64,000 bases of DNA, from NCBI GenBank assembly GCA_039812885.1, contig JBDIBI010000023.1:19395-83394 (forward strand), written 5' to 3'. Both the position numbers and the translations under genes were made by a program. Shown here piece by piece: positions 57,383-64,000 of this stretch. How positions within the stretch are numbered: the stretch's first letter is position 1; every line of letters starts with the position of its first letter. This stretch comes from Blastocatellia bacterium. Lineage in GTDB: Bacteria; Acidobacteriota; Blastocatellia; Chloracidobacteriales; JADJPF01. The notes beneath the pieces are model-generated. The model was not told the DNA's origin and made no database searches. It saw only the letters and a list, made by a program, of their open reading frames with translations.

Positions 57383-58417
57383 ATGCAACAGTATGCTAAA
57401 TTAATTGATGTATCAAAATGTGTAGGATGTAGGGCTTGTGAGGTAGCTTGCAAAGAATGGAATGAAACAGGAATAGACGATCCAGCAGAACATCCCTTTG
57501 GCTATCAAAGTCATGAAGATTTAACCCATCGCACTTGGAATGTTGTGAAGTTCTATGAGTTAGGTAACAAGAAAAAAGAGCTAGCAAATGAAAACTTACT
57601 AACTAAAGAACCACATCATCAACCACATCATCAAGAAACACACAAAGACAAGGTTTTAGCTCAATATGAAGCATTGTTAGGGCCAGAGCCTGGGGATTTA
57701 GTTGTAAATGATTTGCCAGAAGAAGAGCTAAATTATAGTGTTTGGCAAGTCACAGAATTCTTTAAGCAAGATAACAGTGTTACCCATAATGATTTGCCTC
57801 GCTGGGCGTTTCGTAAGCATGGTTGTATGCATTGTAGTGATGCTGCTTGTGTAAAGAGTTGTCCTGTAGATGCCTTAGAGAGAAATGATATTTTAGGCTA
57901 TGTACGCTTAAATGTATCTACTTGTACTGGTTGCGGCTATTGTGTAGATGCTTGTCCTTTTGATGTGCCTAAACTAGCGTCAGGTGCAGTTTTTGGGTTT
58001 GGTAAAGTAAGTAAATGCCGTTTATGTTCAGACCGTATTCAGCATGATAAGCAACCAGCTTGTGTTCAATCTTGCCCGCCAAATGCTCTTGAATTTGGAA
58101 TTAGAGAAGAAATGATTAAACTAGGACAAAATAGAATTGAAGACTTAAAATCACGTGGCTATAAAGATGCTTATCTTTATGGTGAAAGTGAGTTAGGCGG
58201 ACTAAATGTATTGACAGTTTTACCTAGTAAACCAGAGGATTTTGACTTACCTTCGGATCCAAAAGTTCCTAGCTATCTAACTACATGGAAAGAAGTTGTT
58301 AAACCTTTAGGTGCTTTAGCTATTGCAGGAACAGCATTAATGTTAGGATTTAGCTTTATTAACAGCACTTTCTTTAGTTCAAATAAAGGAAAAGGTCATA
58401 ATGACTCAAGAGACTGA
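57383..58417 (+). CDS. FdnH-like four-cluster [4Fe-4S] ferredoxin subunit with a C-terminal TM anchor
   Basis: AKLIDVSKCVGCRACEVAC, RKHGCMHCSDAACVKSCP, CTGCGYCVDACP and CRLCSDR...PACVQSCP closely parallel E. coli FdnH (recalled sequence). The hydrophobic C-terminal helix is LGALAIAGTALMLGFSFI. Confidence 0.8.
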   Translation: MQQYAKLIDVSKCVGCRACEVACKEWNETGIDDPAEHPFGYQSHEDLTHRTWNVVKFYELGNKKKELANENLLTKEPHHQPHHQETHKDKVLAQYEALLGPEPGDLVVNDLPEEELNYSVWQVTEFFKQDNSVTHNDLPRWAFRKHGCMHCSDAACVKSCPVDALERNDILGYVRLNVSTCTGCGYCVDACPFDVPKLASGAVFGFGKVSKCRLCSDRIQHDKQPACVQSCPPNALEFGIREEMIKLGQNRIEDLKSRGYKDAYLYGESELGGLNVLTVLPSKPEDFDLPSDPKVPSYLTTWKEVVKPLGALAIAGTALMLGFSFINSTFFSSNKGKGHNDSRD

Positions 58418-59090
58418 TAATACTGCCTTAGCTAAAACTACAGAGCAACGAGTAGAAAGAATTAAGCCGCATGAACGACTAGCCCATGCTGTAAATGCAA
58501 TAGGTTTTCTTTTGGCTGCTGGCACAGGATTAGTACTTTTCTTTAAGGGACTAAAAAAACTTAGTGGAGGGACTCGCTCACGCCAGTTACACAGAGTTGG
58601 AGCAGCTTTAATGATTGCTGCACCATTTTTTGTTTGGGGTAAGGATTGGCAAGGCTGGAAAAAAACTTGGCGCGAAATAGTTTATTTTTCTAAAGAGGAT
58701 AGAGAATTTCTAAAACGCATTCCGCTCTATATGTTAGGCTTTTCAGTAAAAATGCCTCCTCAAGGTAAGTTTAATGCTGGGCAGAAAATGAATTTTTTAA
58801 TGGTGACACTTAATGGTGCAGGATTTGTTTTAACTGGTGGGCTTTTAATGGCACGTAGACATTTACCTGAAAAAGTTTTCCCCTATTTAATTATTGCCCA
58901 TGACATTCAAGCAATTGTTGGGATTTGTGGATTTATGGCACATGCTTACTTAGCACTTCTTCATCCAGACACAAAACCCTCACTTAGTGCAATTATTGAT
59001 GGCACTGTACCTTTAGAATATGCAATGGGTCATCATGCTTTGTGGTACAAAGAAGAATTTGAAAAAGATATTAAACAACTAAAAGAATAA
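58401..59090 (+). CDS. FdnI-like membrane di-haem cytochrome b subunit
   Basis: 229 aa with four TM helices and conserved His residues (ERLAHAVNA, IIAHDIQ, AHAYLALLH). It overlaps the upstream gene by 17 nt, which suggests translational coupling. Confidence 0.7.
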   Translation: MTQETDNTALAKTTEQRVERIKPHERLAHAVNAIGFLLAAGTGLVLFFKGLKKLSGGTRSRQLHRVGAALMIAAPFFVWGKDWQGWKKTWREIVYFSKEDREFLKRIPLYMLGFSVKMPPQGKFNAGQKMNFLMVTLNGAGFVLTGGLLMARRHLPEKVFPYLIIAHDIQAIVGICGFMAHAYLALLHPDTKPSLSAIIDGTVPLEYAMGHHALWYKEEFEKDIKQLKE

Positions 59091-59110
59091 CATTAGTTAG
59101 TATAACTATG

Positions 59111-60097
59111 CTAATACTTATTTATTATGTTGCTTAAGCGAGATAAATCAATGTTTCTCCCTGATACTATTACACCTATGTTACTATACTGATCTAAGTT
59201 TACTGTATTAGCTAATAATGCAGCACTAGCGACAGCCCCAGAGCCTTCTACAACAAAATGATCATAATGTAGAAAATTAAAAATTGTTTGTTCAATTTCT
59301 TCTTCTGTTACAGTAAAAATATCTTTTACATACTTTTTAACAATAGGGAAGGTACAGGTGTTATCTTCTAAATTTCCTGCTAATCCATCAGCACAAGTTG
59401 AAGATTCTTCTACTTTTACAATTTCACCAGCCCGAAAAGAGTTTTGCATAGCTGTTGAATTGGCTGGTTGAACTCCAATAACATCTATTTGGCGAGTGGG
59501 GTTAAGTTTTGCAACTAATCCTGTTCCTGAAAGCAAACCTCCGCCACCAACAGGACTAATTAATAAATCTAGATTAGTTTTTTGTAACATTTCTAAGGCT
59601 ACTGTTGCTTGACCAACTATAATTTCTGGATCGTTATATGGAGAAACAAATTCAATATTTTTTTCATTGGCTAACTGACGAGCTATTAACTCTGCTTCAT
59701 CATAACTATCACCTTTAGCTAAAAGTTTTGCCCCTAGTTGTTCTATAGCCCTTACTTTTGTAACAGCAGCTGTTTTAGGCACAATTACCGTAGCTTTCAT
59801 TGAAAGTAACTGTGCTGCATAAGCTATACCTAGGCCATGATTTCCTGCTGAAACAGCTAAAACTTCCTCTACTCCTTGTTCTTTTAGACGAAGCATTTTA
59901 TAAAGTGCTCCACGCAATTTAAAAGAACCTGTTAATTGCAGATTCTCCCATTTAACCCAAATTTTCTTTGGATTGGTAGGATAATGGTTGTTAACTACAT
60001 CTGATAACCAATGATTAATTAACATTGGAGTTTGAAATATATAAGGAGTTATAAGTTGAGAAGCTTGCTCAATAGTTTGAAAGTCTATTTCTATCAT
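59111..60097 (-). CDS. PLP-dependent threonine/serine dehydratase (threonine ammonia-lyase family, no regulatory domain)
   Basis: 328 aa with the PLP-lysine motif TGSFKLRGA, SAGNHG and the glycine loop VGGGGLLSG. Confidence 0.8.
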   Translation of the reverse strand: MIEIDFQTIEQASQLITPYIFQTPMLINHWLSDVVNNHYPTNPKKIWVKWENLQLTGSFKLRGALYKMLRLKEQGVEEVLAVSAGNHGLGIAYAAQLLSMKATVIVPKTAAVTKVRAIEQLGAKLLAKGDSYDEAELIARQLANEKNIEFVSPYNDPEIIVGQATVALEMLQKTNLDLLISPVGGGGLLSGTGLVAKLNPTRQIDVIGVQPANSTAMQNSFRAGEIVKVEESSTCADGLAGNLEDNTCTFPIVKKYVKDIFTVTEEEIEQTIFNFLHYDHFVVEGSGAVASAALLANTVNLDQYSNIGVIVSGRNIDLSRLSNIINKY

Positions 60098-60417
60098 AAA
60101 AGTTCTTTCTTAATTATTTTGTGAATTGCTATTTGGTATGCCTACTACACTAAATGGTATCTAAAAAAACAATAAATTCAGACCATTGTGGACGAAAAGC
60201 ATTTGTTTAGTGCAAGATAAACTTTTCGTTAAAATTTCATTAACATGGCATAAATTTTGCGGAAGGTGTCTATCAACAAACCCGGTCTAAAATAAAATTT
60301 AAAGAGAGCCTTATGATAGACAATTCACCACATATAAAAAATATCAGTGTATTTATAGCATTTATATTATTTTGGATAACTCTAAGTTTTTTAATAAAAT
60401 AATAGTCACTAATTAAG

Positions 60418-60759
60418 TCATTTTTTCCCAGCTTTTTCTAGTTCTTTTTTGATTTCTTCTGCTCTAGCAGGTGTGGTATATCCTCTATTACACCATTTAC
60501 AAGGAACTTTTCTTTCTTTACGTGCGCCTAAATTAGTATTTTGAGGTTGGCTGGTTTGCATTTGGCCATTTTCATCAAGTGTTGCACTAGGACCAGTTTC
60601 TATTTTTATACCTGGTAACACTGGATCTGTTGTGATCATTTCTCCAGTTCCATGACAGGCTGGGCATTCTGCTGTAAGTAACATATAACGAGCTATACCA
60701 TAACTATAGATACCATATACAGCAAGAACTAGTAGAACTACAAAAATAATTTTTTTCAT
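60418..60759 (-). CDS. hypothetical membrane-anchored small protein with a DnaJ-type CxxCxGxG zinc-finger motif
   Basis: 113 aa with an N-terminal TM, CPACHGTG, a second CKWC pair and a Lys-rich tail. Confidence 0.45.
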   Translation of the reverse strand: MKKIIFVVLLVLAVYGIYSYGIARYMLLTAECPACHGTGEMITTDPVLPGIKIETGPSATLDENGQMQTSQPQNTNLGARKERKVPCKWCNRGYTTPARAEEIKKELEKAGKK

Positions 60760-60860
60760 ATTGTCTCCTACAAAAGGGGAAATTAGTCTAAATAATAAAA
60801 TCTTCTAACTTTATTTTCCAAAACCTTTTTCTACAACTAAAATGCTAGCTTTTATTTTAA

Positions 60861-62015
<1,155 letters not shown>

Positions 62016-62091
62016 TTATTCTATGAATAATTAATTGGCAGTTGGAAAGACATATCAAGGCTTAAATTTAATAATACCACGAAGTTAAACA

Positions 62092-62433
62092 ATGGAACCC
62101 TTAGTAATATTTTTCCTTCAAGGCTCACAAGGCATTAGCCAAACAATTGTATTTCTAATGCCAATGCTCTTTATTATTCTGCTTTATCAATTTATGATAG
62201 CTAAACCTCAAAAAGAGCAAAGGCGTCTTCATGAAGAAATGCTAAAAAACCTTAAGCCAGGAGATAAAATTATTACTACTGGTGGAATTTATGGTTCTAT
62301 AACAGAAATTAATGAAAAAGACCCAAATGTAGTGCAACTACGTATTGCTGAAGCAGTAAAAATTAATATTGCTCGCAGTGCGATTGCTTCTCTACAAGAA
62401 ACCAAAACTGCTAAGGAAAGTGAAAAGAAGTAA
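62092..62433 (+). CDS. yajC: preprotein translocase subunit YajC
   Basis: A single TM, then KPQKEQRR ... LKPGDKIITTGGIYGSI, which is the typical YajC pattern. It lies directly upstream of secD. Confidence 0.85.
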   Translation: MEPLVIFFLQGSQGISQTIVFLMPMLFIILLYQFMIAKPQKEQRRLHEEMLKNLKPGDKIITTGGIYGSITEINEKDPNVVQLRIAEAVKINIARSAIASLQETKTAKESEKK

Positions 62434-62435
62434 TA

Positions 62436-64000
62436 ATGCGTAAGAATTTAAGATCAAGAGTATTTGTTATTGCTATTACTACTTTAATTAGTTTATTGCT
62501 GATTTTTTACCCTCGTACAACTGATGAACAAGGACACAAACGCACTGCTGGAGAAATGATAAAAGACTTTACTTCTTTATCAGCAATCAAAGCTAATGTT
62601 ACATCTCATATTAAACTAGGTTTGGATCTTAAAGGTGGTTCTCACTTAGTGATGCAAGTAAAAACTGAAGATGTGCTTAGGAAAATTACAGATAATGCTG
62701 CTGCTCAGTGTGGAGACTCGTTAAAGAAAGGAAATTTTCCTTTAAAAAGCTCAACTAGCCCAGGCGTAGGCCAAATAATCATTGAACTAAATGATGCTGG
62801 TCGTTATGACGAAGTTCGTACGAAGATACAAAATGAGTTAGGACGGGATTGGGAGTTTAGCAAGGGTGGCGCAACGATATTAAATTATACTCTTAATGCA
62901 ACTGCTGCTGATCAACGTCGTTCACAAGCTTTTCACCAAGCAATGGAAATTATTGAAAATCGCGTTAATGCTTTTGGTGTTGCTGAACCTACTATTCAAA
63001 GTCATGGCCCAGAAAAATCTTACCAAATCTTACTCCAACTTCCTGGTGTAGATGATCCAGAGCGTGTTAAAAAACTAATTCAAGCTGAGTCTACTTTAGA
63101 ATTAAAACCTGTAGCTGGCTCTCCTGTAGTTTCAAATACAAAAGAACAAGCTCTTCAAGCTGGTGGTGGTGGCCCAAATATTGAAGCACTAGAGTTGGTA
63201 GCTAAAGAATCAAACACTGGTGGAACACCACCAGAAACAGGCTTTATTGCTGTAGAAAAAAAACCTGTTATTAGTGGTGAAGATTTACGAGATGCTGCTG
63301 CTGTTCCCTCTCGTTATGGTGTTAGGGATTATGAAATTCATTTCACTTTAAATAGTGAAGGCGCTAAAAAATTTGAAGCTTGGACTGGAGCAAATATTGG
63401 AAAATATTTAGCTATCGTTCTGGATGGTAAGGTCAAATCTTTTCCTAGAATAAATGGTAAAATAAGCGATCGTGGACAAATAGAAGGTGATTTCACTAAA
63501 GAAAGTGGAGAAGACTTAGCCTTAGCTCTGCGTTCAGGTGCCTTACCTGCCAAGATTATTTACTTAGAAGAACGTACGGTAGGTCCTTCTTTAGGTGCTG
63601 ACTCTATTCGTCAAGGTATAGTTGCTTCTTTAGTAGGTTTAGCAATGGTAGTAGTTTTTATGTTATTTTACTATCGACTTTCTGGGCTAAACGCTATTAT
63701 TGCTTTGATACTAAACCTAGTTTTACTAGTAGCTGGTTTAGCTTTGTTTAAGGCAACTTTAACCTTACCAGGAATTGCAGGATTTATTCTTTTGATAGGT
63801 ATGGCAGTAGATTCTAACGTGTTGATTTTTGAACGTATCAGAGAAGAATTAAGACATGGAAAAATAGTTCCTTCTGCTGTAGAAAGTGGTTTTAACAAAG
63901 CATTTTTAACAATCATTGACACTCACGTTACTACAGTTGTTTCTGCGGTCTTTCTTTTTATTTTTGGTACAGGCCCAATAAGAGGTTTTGCTGTATCACT
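62436..64000 (+). CDS. secD: protein translocase subunit SecD (3' end outside the window)
   Basis: This gene is not in the ORF track because there is no stop inside the window. The ATG at 62436 opens MRKNLRSRVFVIAITT...LGLDLKGGSHLVMQV...LAIVLDGKV...TLPGIAGFILLIGMAVDSNVLIFERIREE, and the frame is open to 64000. Confidence 0.9.
   Translation, partial: MRKNLRSRVFVIAITTLISLLLIFYPRTTDEQGHKRTAGEMIKDFTSLSAIKANVTSHIKLGLDLKGGSHLVMQVKTEDVLRKITDNAAAQCGDSLKKGNFPLKSSTSPGVGQIIIELNDAGRYDEVRTKIQNELGRDWEFSKGGATILNYTLNATAADQRRSQAFHQAMEIIENRVNAFGVAEPTIQSHGPEKSYQILLQLPGVDDPERVKKLIQAESTLELKPVAGSPVVSNTKEQALQAGGGGPNIEALELVAKESNTGGTPPETGFIAVEKKPVISGEDLRDAAAVPSRYGVRDYEIHFTLNSEGAKKFEAWTGANIGKYLAIVLDGKVKSFPRINGKISDRGQIEGDFTKESGEDLALALRSGALPAKIIYLEERTVGPSLGADSIRQGIVASLVGLAMVVVFMLFYYRLSGLNAIIALILNLVLLVAGLALFKATLTLPGIAGFILLIGMAVDSNVLIFERIREELRHGKIVPSAVESGFNKAFLTIIDTHVTTVVSAVFLFIFGTGPIRGFAVS

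Noticed and set aside
55075-57383. Search for a decayed fdnG (alpha subunit, possibly with an in-frame TGA selenocysteine) upstream of the FdnH-like gene.
   Set aside because: The upstream region is one continuous 760-codon TPR/GGDEF-like ORF. It has no Tat signal, no molybdopterin-binding motif and no Cys-rich N-terminal cluster motif.

Overview
This is a visibly AT-rich, densely coding bacterial chromosomal segment. It has about 45 protein genes with Gram-negative-type envelope and respiratory content. A TIGR03436-like VWA protein, a fused cytochrome b/c and an S46 peptidase are compatible with an Acidobacteriota-like organism, but the taxon cannot be fixed from sequence alone. I recognise no rRNA, tRNA, CRISPR array, cas gene, transposase, integrase or phage gene.

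Gene content, left to right:
- Chalcone-isomerase-fold protein.
- Two tandem giant thioester alpha-2-macroglobulin (A2M) genes with a small secreted-protein gene between them.
- Hsp20, a double beta-propeller/NHL protein and a GH63-like glucosidase.
- LLM oxidoreductase with an alpha/beta hydrolase.
- HtrA protease and an MBL hydrolase.
- c6-like cytochromes, an RNase-H-fold exonuclease and a VWA protein.
- A porin / cytochrome c / Rieske / cytochrome b-c / cytochrome c cluster downstream of an OmpR-type two-component system.
- A carotenoid cluster: plant-type desaturase, crtB and a polyprenyl synthase.
- SDR, Ser/Thr kinase, a second MBL hydrolase, S46 peptidase and an ACAD-fold flavoprotein.
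- DinB-like protein, recJ, creD and a TPR protein with a degenerate GGDEF-like end.
- An FdnH/FdnI-like pair with no catalytic subunit, then threonine dehydratase, tgt, yajC and secD (partial).

Three signals deserve a second look:
1. The two A2M genes form a block mosaic. Kilobase stretches look identical base for base and alternate with strongly diverged blocks. One diverged block sits where the protease bait region is expected.
2. A composite repeat family I cannot name occupies two intergenic loci (21117-21645 and 46441-47031). It is built from 27-, 32- and 81-bp tandem units around a conserved hairpin. The hairpin stem shows three variants related by compensatory base-pair changes.
3. The FdnH/FdnI-like electron-transfer pair is orphaned from any molybdopterin subunit and carries a His-rich insertion.

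All function calls come from motif recognition by eye and need database confirmation.
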